64,000 bases of DNA from assembly GCF_037042905.1 (NCBI RefSeq), contig NC_087249.1, positions 32,922,001 to 32,986,000 on the forward strand. The letters are read 5' to 3'. The translations under genes were made by a program, and so were the position numbers. Shown here in pieces: positions 12,881 through 25,200 of the stretch. Position 1 is the first letter of the stretch, and every line of letters starts with the position of its first letter. The DNA comes from Lytechinus pictus. Its lineage: Eukaryota. The notes under the pieces were generated by a model. It saw only the letters and a list, made by a program, of their open reading frames with translations. It had not been told where the DNA came from and made no database searches.

Positions 12881-12882
12881 GC

Positions 12883-13023
12883 NNNNNNNNNNNNNNNNNN
12901 NNNNNNNNNNNNNNNNNNNNNNNNNNNNNNNNNNNNNNNNNNNNNNNNNNNNNNNNNNNNNNNNNNNNNNNNNNNNNNNNNNNNNNNNNNNNNNNNNNNN
13001 NNNNNNNNNNNNNNNNNNNNNNN
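12883..13023. other. Assembly gap
   Basis: Run of N. Confidence 1.
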
Positions 13024-13439
13024 TTGGAGGCTTGAGTGCCTGTTCATCGATCGTAGTATCTCTTCTGGTGGTAGTATACCTATATAGTTGTTGTGTGTCC
13101 GGACGATCAATTTTAGAGAGTCATTTGGAAAAATTTACAAGCGAAGTTTCATTAATTTTTAGTATGTTAGGAAATATTATAGAGAACAAAATAGAAGATG
13201 ATTACAACTATTGAATTCATATTTTTAGTGTAATCCAAAGACAAAAGAGAAGGCTTCAAAATAATATATAAAGTGTCCGGACATCCAACACCCCATCCTA
13301 TTATAGTATCCATGATATTGAGCAAAATTGAGAAAGGACTGTCAAAAGTGTCTACATGACTGTGTGCTAAACCGAAGAAAAAAACAAAGACAATACTGCC
13401 CCGATACTGCCTACACTGGCTCATAAATCAAGTCATAAC

Positions 13440-13560
13440 TTTAGACCAGTGTCTATCCAGGCGATTTTGAAGGAGTCGACCGAAGGAGCTGAAACAACAT
13501 TACCAGGAAGACTATTCCACATAATTATCTACTGAAAAAGTACTTCCTATAATCAAGCCG
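13440..13560 (-). mobile_element. CR1-type LINE ORF2 C-terminal remnant
   Basis: The minus strand gives RKYFFS...WNSLPGNVVSAPSVDSFK..RLDRHW (frameshifted), typical of the CR1 ORF2 tail. Confidence 0.65.
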
Positions 13561-14867
13561 AAAAAATTCTTATCCAACTTCATCCAGACATTTTTTAATC
13601 CATATTCCATAACATTAACATTTCACCTTTTACTTAATTGTTTTAACTTCATTCAATATTCATTTTTTTGGTCCTGCCAAGTGGCGTCTCCACCTTGTCA
13701 GATGGATCCAGTGGGCCAGAGGTAGCGGGAGTTTTCGGGTCCTTGGTTTTATTCATTATTTTTTATTATTTAAACAATAGAATATTTGGCTTTTATTATT
13801 TTTTTTTTTTTTTGGGGGGGGGGGGGTTATCGCAAACAGTCCCCACCCTGGATACACCTCGTAGTATAGCCAAGTCATCTATTTCCATGTTTTAGCGGAG
13901 GTTTAGAATGTATTCTGAATAGTATGCCGGCCACTCATGAATGACAGGGAAGACTTGCAAACGATAATTTTATTTAGTCTTTCGAAAGATTTATTTTCCC
14001 CTTATCCCCTTTTCCTTCTTTGTTCTTTTATTCCTTTTATCCTTGTATTGTTGTATCTTTTCCCATTTATTAATTCTCTTCATTTTCTATCCTTTTCTTT
14101 TTCTTTTTTAATTCAAGTTTCACACATCCCCCGTTCCCGTTGTTCTTTCCGATTTCGCCTGTTTCTTTTTTTTTTAGAACTCCACCCACCAACATGCACC
14201 AAGGTGCATATTCCTTCTTAACAGTATACCATATAGGTCTGGTGGATGAATGTATGACCTTTACTGCCATGCTGCAGTGAAAATATATTGGCTTCGTTGA
14301 AAGACTAAAATTTAATAGATACACCGTTGGTGAAAAATTCTAATAAACTAAAAGTGTATCGAGTGATTACGAAATTCAGTTGGTTGGGATAAATTCATCG
14401 AGTGTACATTGATGGAAATGGTGCTTCAGCACATAGATTCATGTGATCATCTATTTCCATCAATCACATAGTGGGTCATGTAGACCTATAACCTTTTTTT
14501 TTTCGAGGTCTGAAATTATCTAGAATTTAGATCAAATATAAATATAGCTTTCGGGGCAACTCGGTAACATGGGGGTGTATAAAACAACCAATGCACGCAT
14601 TCTTGTGCATAATTAACTCTGTGCTCGTCTCGCCAAATGGATATACTGCAGGTGGTGTGGATTGCAAAAGGGCCTGTGTAAGATCCTTGAGTGATGTCTT
14701 GGAAGGTAAATGATCATTATTATTGAGGTAGAGTATAGAATAATGTAAGTACTTGCATTTCAGCTGATAGTTGGTTCAACAATAATAAATTTTCATTAAA
14801 AAAGAAATTGGGTTGCATTTGGAGGTTGGAGTTGCCCAGTATTACACAAGTTTGGTCAGCAAACTTC

Positions 14868-16222
14868 AAGTTTGATTATTGTACAATACTGCTCAGGGGC
14901 CGCGGAAACGGGGGGGGGGGGGGGCTGCGAGGACTTGACCCCCCCCCCCTTGGATGGGGGGGGGGTACTTACGAAATAAGGCATACGGGGATGTGCCGCT
15001 GCATGGAATGGGTCGCTTTTTGGGAAGAAATTAATCACTAAACATGGGGTATGGTTTTATGCTGGAAAATCCCTAAACATGGCCCTTAAGTTTGATTATT
15101 GTACAATACTGCTCAGGGGCCGCGGAAACGGGGGGGGGGGGGGGGCTGCGAGGACTTGAACCCCCCTGGGGGTACTCACGAAATAAGGCATACGGGGATG
15201 TGCCGCTGCACGGAATGGGTCGCTTTTTTGGAAGAAATTAATCACTAAACATCATGAACATGGGGTATAGTTTTATGCTGGAAAATCCCTGAACATGGCC
15301 CCAATTATATACTGGCATTAAACATGGGTCCATATATATATACTCTCCTCCAATGTCTTAGGTGCAAATATTCCTGCTAATCCGGGATCAAAATGCCCGG
15401 TCAAAATGTTGGAAACAATCAGCTGTTTCATCGAAGTATATAATAAATCCCGTACAATACGATAATTCGTTGCCTTTTTCCGAGCGGCTCCCCTTGAGCG
15501 TGATAATTAAAAACGACCTGGAACCAGAACAGCGTGCGCATGAACTTATACTTCTGCTAGAATCACACGGATGATCGCAACTTAACTTAGGCCACAGATA
15601 TACTACAAGGGGAAGATCAGACACTTCGGCAATCATACCCACCCTTAAACATGGGCCCATTTTTGGATGAAACTCCCTAATAATGGGTACCTTTTTAGCC
15701 AAAATGACCCTTATGGGTATGGGTTTTGAGCCTTCAGCCGCACACCCCGTCCAAACCAAATCTAAGTATCCCCCATCCCGCACCTTTTTCAAGAACCGTG
15801 TTCAAAAACGTAAAAATGACCATCTGCACTAGCGTACCTACGGGGGGGGGGGGGGGGGGGGCAGAGGGGGCAGTCTGCCCCCCCCCCCTGACGAATCACA
15901 ACCCATGCAAAGGACGTATCTCTGCCCCCCTGACGAGCTTGAAGACCTTTATTGCCCCCCCCCCCTGACGAGCTTGAAGACCCATTTTTTTTTTTTTTTT
16001 TTTTTTTGCTTGTCAAATTTTTTTCTGGTACGAAATCCTTCATTTGTGATTGAAGACCTTTTTTTTTTTTGGGGGGGGGGCTTGTCAAAGTTTTTTGGCG
16101 GACGGTTTTGCCCCCCCCCCCTGTGAAAAATCCAAGGTACGCCACTGACCATCTTATTATGATTTTTTGCATGGTCAACCCCCCCCCCCCCCCCCACTTT
16201 CAAAACCGTTCAGCGGCCCCTG
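14868..16222. repeat. Cluster of nested poly-G/poly-C MITEs including a 220-bp tandem duplication
   Basis: 14868-15087 is repeated at 15088-~15301. Outer ends are CAGGGGCCGCGGAAACGG / CCGTTCAGCGGCCCCTG, and an inner element runs CACTAGCGTACC...GGTACGCCACTG (about 15827-16148). Confidence 0.7.
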
Positions 16223-17173
16223 CATGCTGGTACAGTCACTGTGAATCCCAGGCTTTTATGTGTCAGTATATTGCACATAAAGTATCAGAATAACCTAGTG
16301 GTATAATAGTGATCTATATACTGTAATGACTGATTTGCAGGCTTGGATGGGTCTTATGAGAAGACCGGCTTGGTTATCGTAGCGAACCACCCATTGTCAT
16401 CTATTATAACTATTATCATGTCTGCATTGAGCTCAGAAGCCACTATAATTCACTCTATCATATTCTCTAAACCATACAAAAGCCCATTGCTTTGAGAAAA
16501 AAAAAGGTTGTGTAGTTTTGGTCTGGATTAAGGTGTTTTTTTTTTGTCATTCGTCGTTGTAGTGGAAAACATTTCATTTTATGGTCAGGTTATTTACAGA
16601 CTTATTGGGTTTTGCATTGGCCCCACGAATTTAGTTTCCCTCAGAGCTTGCAGAGTGTCGGAAGAGATCGCTTTGCGATGGTCATTGGACGGATGGTCAC
16701 CAATCACCATCGTCACCACCACCACCGCCACCGCCACACTGATCATTCCCTGGCGAAGGAGCAGACATTGGTCTGTAAGTGTCAAACTCTCCAATCCGTG
16801 AGTCTATACTCTATCATCGTTGATGTCGACCACGTAAAGGACAGAGTGACCAATGATGTTTAGAATATATGGGACCAATTCGCGAAGGTAATGTATTTTA
16901 GTATAGGATTAGAAATACATTTATGTTTAAAAGGGTCGGTACATTTCCTTAAAAGGAGTCTTCGGATGTATTTTTTCACCATTATTATTATCATTATACA
17001 CATTTATTTCTAGGAGTAGGAGGGAGGGGGTGCTTATCTGGGTAATAATGTCTACACTCTTGAACAGAATAAATATGTTTGAATTAAAGTTTGATATTCA
17101 ATGTTTATGATTTAGTTCACATGTTGGGAAGAGTTCCTTTTGCGACAGCCACCCAAAGTGAAATAAATATATA

Positions 17174-17915
17174 CAGTGTCTACAAGAATTATTTGTAAAC
17201 TGTCAAAACACTGAAAAATGAGTGGATGGACTATGATTAAAGTAAAAAATGTGTAACCTGTCTTTCATAAACTCTAATGAATTGCATGTCATTATGAAAG
17301 AGAAAAGTATAGTCTTTGTTTTCCAATAATCACAGCAAGGTCTGAAAATATACATTGTTACATATAACAATTCATAATAATCCATGCATGACTGATCACT
17401 ATTTGGGAGTAATTGCAAAACAAAGGCCATAATATTTCTTTTCCATTTTATATTCATTTTGATAGGAAACGAAATATCAAAAGTTAATCTAATTACACCC
17501 ATTTACAAAAGTAAATGAGGCAACAGCAGTTAGGCATCAATTTGTTTAAAATCGTTTACGAAATCTGTAAAACCGACTGAAATATTAAGAACTGTATACC
17601 AAATGAAAGCATAATCATCTCATCTGACTCTTGGAAAAATAGGAAATAAGTCATGATCAATGAAGCGTTGCGCTCTACGCTTCAATAATCACAGCATGGT
17701 CTGAAAATATGCATTATTGCATTTCATAATTCATAATCATTCAGGCGTGACTGATCACAATTTTCAACTAGGTGCAAAACAAAGGCTATACTTTCCTCTT
17801 TCATTTGATACATAATTCATTATATTTTATGATGGCCAACCTTGGAATTTGTGGGTTCCAACATAGTTCATCTTCTCATTTTTATATAGTGTATAAATAA
17901 TTATTGTAGACACAT
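17174..17915. mobile_element. Tc1/mariner-like non-autonomous element nested in another inverted-repeat element
   Basis: TA|CAGTGTCTACAAGAATTATTT ... AAATAATTATTGTAGACAC, with an internal direct repeat at about 17325-17460 / 17683-17810. Outer inverted pair: TTTGCGACAGCCACCC (about 17139) / GGGCGGCTGTCGCAAA (about 17935). Confidence 0.6.
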
Positions 17916-19198
17916 TATATTAGCGTTAGGGTTAGGGCGGCTGTCGCAAACTCTTTCCCTGATTGTGGTAGAACGTGGCCCACTCACAACCCCTGAAGTA
18001 TCCCCAACTATATCAAATTCATGATAGGCCTATTATAGTCTGAAACATTTGTGATATAAAAATTACGGTGATTGATGGAGGTCTGGATACCCCCCCCCCC
18101 CCCAATAATCTAACTACTCAGTCGTTATCTGCATTTTATTATATTGTATTTATTGTATCAAAGTTAAGTGACAGTCATGATTATGCGAGACCCTGTATAA
18201 AATATGCGTCTTGTTTGAAACCGGCCCCGATACGACGTCGGCCCCGATACGACGTCGGTTTTGGAGCCGCCTTCAATCCCGCAATTTGAAGCCGCCTTGA
18301 GGTCAATATACCCTGTTACACATGGCGTGAGGCCCGGAATTGTGTGTCTATACATTGTAACAGGGATCAGAGACGTCATTCCTCATAAGAATTCAAATCT
18401 GAAAAGAGAATAAGAATATGATCGTCCTTGATATAGAAAGTGGGTGAAGATTTATCAAAGTATTGACGTCACATTTTCATTGCACACCCAGAACAAAATA
18501 GATTAAAAGAGATAAATCCCACACAGCCCGCGGATAATAAGATCATTGTAAAGTCTCATACAAATAAGTTATTTCGGGATAAGTTTTGAAAGCCTATATC
18601 TAAAGGCATGGTAAATGGGTGAAGAGTATATCATCTAACTTTCCAATCTTACAATAGTGTTTAGGCAGTTGGATCTTTTTTTTTCATCCATTATGTATTA
18701 TTTTGTACAAAATAGTGTTTAATAATGCCAAATCGAAAAAAACAAACATTAAAAACATACATACTGAAGCTTTCGACATGCACTAATCTGAGTAAATTCG
18801 CATGAATAAACAGAACCGAAGAACGAAACAAACATAATAAAGGTAACATTATATAAACATTTTATATATTATTTTGTTTGAGCGTTTTGTTCATTCATGC
18901 GATTTTCCTCCGATGGGTGCATGTCGAAAAGCTTCCGAATGCTATTTTCTAAAACTAAAAATGAATACAAATTACAAAACATGAAATAAAATGAGAATAT
19001 CTTTTCAATGAACGACGATTATTCCTTTTCAGTGTGGAAAGACTGCAGTGATTTGGATGTACCCCGTCTCCTGGTGTTATACCATAGTATATTAGTGAAA
19101 AGTTTATCCTTTTTTTCTTTCTTTTCCAGTATGATCTTTGAGGATTTCGGAGCAGACGAACAATGCGTGTTGATGAACAATCGGGCTTATAACGAGGA

Positions 19199-19210
19199 AT
19201 GATGCTCAGG
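19199..19210 (+). CDS. CHST15: CHST15-like coding exon 1 (MMLR); the full exon 19130-19210 is mostly 5'UTR
   Basis: Polypyrimidine acceptor TTCTTTTCCAG ends at 19129. The donor AGG|GTGAGG is phase 0 and matches the acceptor at 20193. Confidence 0.55.
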
Positions 19211-22200
19211 GTGAGGGAATATGAAAGGTTTCTAACATTAAATCGTTATAATGTATCTCGGTCACATTTTATTTGCTCTATACGGCAGCCGTGCGGCGAG
19301 TCGAAAACAGCCGTTATAAAAAAAATGTTAAAGCTACATGCTACACATAGGGAGTTTGAATGGAAATTAATAAAACGACTGTTTTATTCATTTTTAAAGC
19401 AAATGTGACTTAGGTATTCGAAGTTTCAGGGGCGGTGCCAGGCTAGATTGATAGGGGGTAAGACGATGCAGGTTGCGCTTCACCTTTTTCCTTGATTGAT
19501 TTGATAATAAGAGAGACTAAAATCTATCTTCTTATACCATACTTACTTCTTCCTTAATGCCGTTTTCTTCGTCATCCCCCTTTCCTCTTTTTTTTCTAAT
19601 AAAAAAATCACAGAGGGCGGTCGCCCCCTGCCCATCATGTGGCACCACCTTGTCAATTGTCATTGATATTCTTTACATTTCTTATTTTTTTATTGAGACC
19701 ATAGTACTTTTGCTGAAATTACTTCGTAATTAAGGCTTACGCTCAGTATGATATACACCCCCCCCCCCCTTCGTTAATTACCTACTGTATTATAAAATAA
19801 ACTTTTCTCACTTTGAGAATGATTATGATTCTTCTTTCTATCAATTATGCAACACAGTGTGGTTTGTAATTCCCAAAGTGGAAAGTGTTTAAAGTATATA
19901 TTTCTGATAGGGTCATGCATGTAAGCCTACCAACTGTTATGGTACGAGATACGGACAATGAGAAAAATTGAACTTTCATCCCTCTAATCACAAGTCATCT
20001 CTGAGAGTAGATACCTGCTCCAGCATGCATGCAGTCACCAGTTAACAAATTTGACAAGTTCAACATATTCATTGTTAACTATTACTACTTCAACTGCTTC
20101 TATGGCCTACTTCTACTGCTGTATCTGTAACCTTCTATTATATACTACCACGCTTACTTCTATACTTGATTGGAAATTAATTTGACCAACAGAAGCGACG
20201 TTTATGTCGATGTTTCATGATCTTAATGACAACGGTGACTGTCTTCTGTGTCTGTCACTTTATTTCGGTAAAAATTCCCCGTGGAGATGGAAAATCAGTT
20301 GTGCCGGTGAAACTCAGGGAGAAAATACTCCTCCCGAAAGTCAGTCCGACCAAAGCTACACAGAACATAACTGAGAAAGACACCGCTGCGGACACCCCGA
20401 AAGGCAGCATCGTTTGGAGTGAGGAGGTTTTAGATGCAGAGGGAAACCCTATTTCAGAACCAGCGTTGATAAAAGAAGTCGAAAAAGTAAGTTTCGTGAC
20501 CATAAGAAAAATGAAAAGGAGCATTGTCCCTTTAGGAATTGTTTTAATATCTCTCTATATAAGAATGTTAATGAATCGGGGCTGCAGTGTTACAGGTTGA
20601 AGGAATGACATGCCCATAATCATGCATCCTATCATTAAATATACGACATGTTCCATATCATGAGGTTCATAATAACTACCGGTGGAATACCATCATCACA
20701 TTTATTATGCCCATAGTATAGGCCTATTCTGTAGAAAATGGCAACTGAGTGGAAAATTGTAGTTCTTTATACAGGTTTTCATCATTAATTTCCATTGATA
20801 ATCTTGCTTGAGGCATGCATTTTGCATGGGAATGAACCCTATCTAAACTGGGCTATTTCGGACCAGAATATACTGGGGGGTCAATTTGACCACCCCCCCC
20901 CCCCCCCCCCAGATCTCGGCCGCTGATTGCGCGATCGCCGCGAAAATTTGCGCACGCGTAGAGCCGGATGTAAACTACAAGACTGTATGATAAAATTTTC
21001 AAAAGATAATTTTTTATATTTTTTTATTAATTAATTATGCAAATAAGCGTATGATATTTGCCCTAAATTTGTTTTTTTTGTGTAAGTTTTTGCCTTTAAC
21101 ATGTTTAACTCAATTTATATACCTAGTATATATAATGCTAATTTTTGGTGGGAGTATCAATTATTATATTTCTAACGCATATCTACAAAAAATTTGCAAA
21201 AATATAATTAATATCTTATGTATTTTATCATTTTTTAAATTCTTATGTATTTCTTTGTTTTTCAAACCTTTGTTTTTTATTGTTTTTTCCGATGAACTTT
21301 GTCGGGGATCCTTTTGCGATCATAAATAGCATAAAATAAATCCATTTAAAACAACAAAAGTAAAAATAATCATACATTTGTGATTTTTGGTTGAAAAATA
21401 CAGTTTGCATTGACTTTGTACACGGAATCACGTTTTTGAGCAATTTCGGGTCTGACATTCACTTACAAAATGTTGCGTAATTTCAAAAGCGCTTACCCGG
21501 GCGTCGCAAATTTGGTCTCAAAAGATGCACAAGACTTGAAAGTAAAAGGTCCGCGAGCGGCGCGGTCAACAAATTTCGCGCGGCGGCGAAGTGACGAAAT
21601 TTTTGTTGAGGGGGGGGGGTCAAATTGACCCCCAGTTTATTAATGGTTAAAGGAAGTTGACATTAAGCAAAAACAAAAAATAATAACTCAATCAAACAAC
21701 CAACTAATCAATCAACCAATGAAACCAATCAATCATTTATTCAATCAATCAACCAAATAATCACTCACCCATTCGACCAGCCCACCAATCGATCAATCAA
21801 TCAATCAATCTCAGTCATGTCCCTTCTAATCGCATAACCAATCAATTTAATGACATTTTGCTTTCCCCTTCGACAGATAACTCAAAATGTTCCGACCACA
21901 TTCTTACCTAACTTCAAGAACCCTTGTTGGTTCGACTCAACGAAACAACTAAATTGCTTGCCCTATTTTTATCTCATCGGGATGTCAAAATGCGGTACGA
22001 CGGATTTATGGAAGAAATTGACCTCTCACCCGGAGATAGTTGATGACTTGCCCAAAGAACCGCATTGGTGGGGGCCGAGACGTACTGGTTGGACCGGAGT
22101 CGCTGCTCATGGTGAAGAAGGTATACTTTCACATTTATTACTATTATTTCGATCCTTTCTATATGGAGGGCCAGTCTTCTTTACACGTATGCATTGAGTT

Positions 22201-25200
22201 AGATGGGCAGATAGAACATCTGTATCCATATCACCAATAAATTGATATTATATATGAAGGGTCGAAAGAAAGTCTGGTTGGATACTGCCGTGCACAAAAT
22301 GGCCCGGGTGATTTTCGATTTTTTTTTTTTAATGGATAATAATACTCTTAAAAAGCCCGGATCAAAAATGAGACAAAATGATCAATTTGATCTGGAACCG
22401 TTACTTATGATCACATATAAACTTACCATTTCCGGATTAAAAAAATGATCCGGAAAGGGACAAACAATTTCTGTCATTCGGATTCGGATCAAACTAATGA
22501 TCCTTAATCGGATCATAATAGACGAAAATGACCATTTTGATCCAAAATCAGTATCAAATATGACCATACCCTTTCCGGATAAAAACGATCCAATAATTCG
22601 GATGAAGACGTTTGATTTGAAAAGGGATCAAATATTTTTGTCAAATGATACTGAAACGGATCAAAATAATGATCCTTAATCGAATGTAAAACTTTAATTT
22701 TTGAAATTCAATTTTCAATAAATTAAGCATGGTTTGAAATTTTAAACAACTGGTTCACATACACCGTTAAAAAATTTTAAACAGCGTTTTTACTGTGTAT
22801 TTATTATTATCATTAATTTAAATCGTAATCTGACATCGGATCCAAACTTTTAACAAAATGAAAACTTTTAAAACCTTGAAATCATGTAGATGTCTTTCAA
22901 TTTATCCCCATAAACCCGATTTTTAACAAAGGTGTATCTATAATAATCCACAAACCTGCCTTCTGATTTGGTGGGTCGATTGTTTTTATGGCATCGCACA
23001 TTGTGTTTCGTTCGTTTTCATTCGTTTTCTGCAGCCATGAGTAAGGGCCTTTCCACACGTGAATCTTGAATCATCATTGTATTGATGATTGCAATTCGTC
23101 TTGAGAATAATCGGACCTTTCACACGCTCACTCGAAAAGTGTGATTTGAATTCGAATTCCTGAGCGAAGGCGGTACGTGTCCTTGGTGACTTGTCAATCA
23201 AAGCACTGCATCGATACGATGAGTGCAGCATGACAATCGTATTATCTATGGAAGTGCCTGAAATGACACGTAGGCTCCGCACCTCAAGAGATGACATGTT
23301 CTTGAGGTCAAGCCGTTCACACGTAAAATCCGTACCGTAATTTGAGTGAAATTTAACTGGAATTCACCTATGGAGTAGAATTTTAATTCGTGATTGTGAT
23401 TAGCGTTCGTGATTCTAGTTTGGTTTCACACGTGCTAAAAATTCGTCATTAGCCTTATTTTTCACTGGAATCATCATTCAAATTACGATTTTTTTTTTAC
23501 CGTGTGAAAGGGCGGTAAGTTGGGAACAACTCAATTGTGAAAGATCCTGATATTTTCTTGTGAAAAAAAACAACACATTTTGAGTGGACTGACCGCCCTT
23601 TCACACGGAAAAAAAAAAATCGTAATTTGAATGATGATTCTAGTGAAAAATAAGGCTAATGACGATTTTTTAGCACGTGTGAAACCAAACTAGAATCACG
23701 AACGCTTATCACAATCACTAATTAAAAATTTTACTCCGGAGGTGAATTCCAGTTAAGTTTCACTCAAATTACGGTACGAATTTTCCGTGTGAAAGGTCCG
23801 ATGATTCTAAAGATGAAATGCAATCATCATTACAATGATGATTCAAGATTCACGTGTGAAAAGGCCCTTAGATTATGTAAATGGGCAATTCCATAAAATA
23901 ATAAACCTTTTTGTACGTGCGACCCCCATTCTTCTCAAGTTGCACTTCACTTCATAAACTGACCTAGTCATGGTCGTTTGAGAGCATTACAGACTGTCTA
24001 AAGAACAAAAAATCAGAGACAGAAAATTTCATGAAGGTCCCACGAATAGGGAATCGGACGTACATAATTTATGGAATTGCCCAAATGTAAAAGTATTGAA
24101 AATGTTAATGAATATATTAAATACATGTAGAAAGAATCCTATACTTTAAAATTGTTCAATACTGTCCCTTCTAAATCATGTCTACTGCCCTCTTTACAAA
24201 TAAAATAAATTGTGTTTACGAGAGTTGTTTTTTTTTTCACGGATATATTAGGCCTAATCACAACCATGCCTACCGAGTTATCTCTGCCATCGCACGGTCT
24301 ATTCGGTTTAATTACTTTCATAGACATGCAGCATGCAGTACCAGTCATAATTTCTTCAAGTTACTTGATTTGCCGCTATTTTTGTTGTTGTTCTTCTTCT
24401 TTGGTCAAGGAAACTTTCATTTTGCTTGACATTTTTGAGGGAAAGAAGGTTTCTCGTGGACAAAAAACGACGTCATTGTTGCAAAAAGAGTTATCTCTAC
24501 AAAATATGACATACCCTACAAGCCCAATTTTTGTGAGGGTGATCGGTTGTGTTTGAGCTCTTTTAAGAACGTATTGAAACGCTATTGTGAAATTGAAAGA
24601 GTTCTCAGTCAAAAACATCACAATTTTGTTTTATCATTAGATAATAGTACGCATGTTACAGTTGTAAACATGTTCGCTTCGTGATTTTTCTGTAAACTGA
24701 ATTGCTTTCGTGTTTGATTTTGAATAAAATCTTTCTATGAAAGAAAAAACCCACGACATTTGCCCCTGGCGACATTTTCTCCCGGCTTAATTTCGTCTAA
24801 GATGTTTGGTTAGAGTTAGAGTTGCAATATGGTGTTTTTATGTTAGGTTATAGGGTTAGGTTTAGGGTAGGATATATTGCTAAACCCAGGGTTAAAGTTA
24901 GTCATTCGATAAGTGTGCGAAGTTAAGAGCGGAGCAAATAACATGGAACCCAATTTTATCGCAACGCATTTGTCAAATATTTCTCACAAAAACATGACGG
25001 GCAAAAAATAATGATAAAAAAAATGATTTTTTTTTTTAATATCATCAAGGCTCCAATGGGACGGGCCCCAGTACATTCTCTTATTGGCGATTCATTCAAG
25101 AGTGTGTGCCAGTTCCCCCACCCCTGGACCCACCACTGATTGTTACTGTAACTTTTCTTAAATTATTCTTCACACATTTGATTTTAGTAAAGCAGGTTCG

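Noticed and set aside
12742-13214. ORFs containing X runs (also 26853-27233 and 34766-35069)
   Set aside because: Artefacts of reading through assembly gaps.
15388-16293. Several 74-134-aa Pro/Gly/Lys-rich ORFs
   Set aside because: Derived from poly-G/C/T tracts of nested MITEs.
16612-16863. His-rich ORF (HHRHHHHRHRH)
   Set aside because: Explained by a (CAC/CGC)n microsatellite; no other coding signal.
17925-17940. Telomere or chromosome-fusion scar
   Set aside because: Only 2-3 degenerate TTAGGG units, embedded in inverted-repeat elements.
16853-20193. Direct splice of MMFRIYGTNSR (donor 16887) onto the transmembrane exon at 20193
   Set aside because: The donor is phase 2 and the acceptor needs phase 0, so the join hits a stop.
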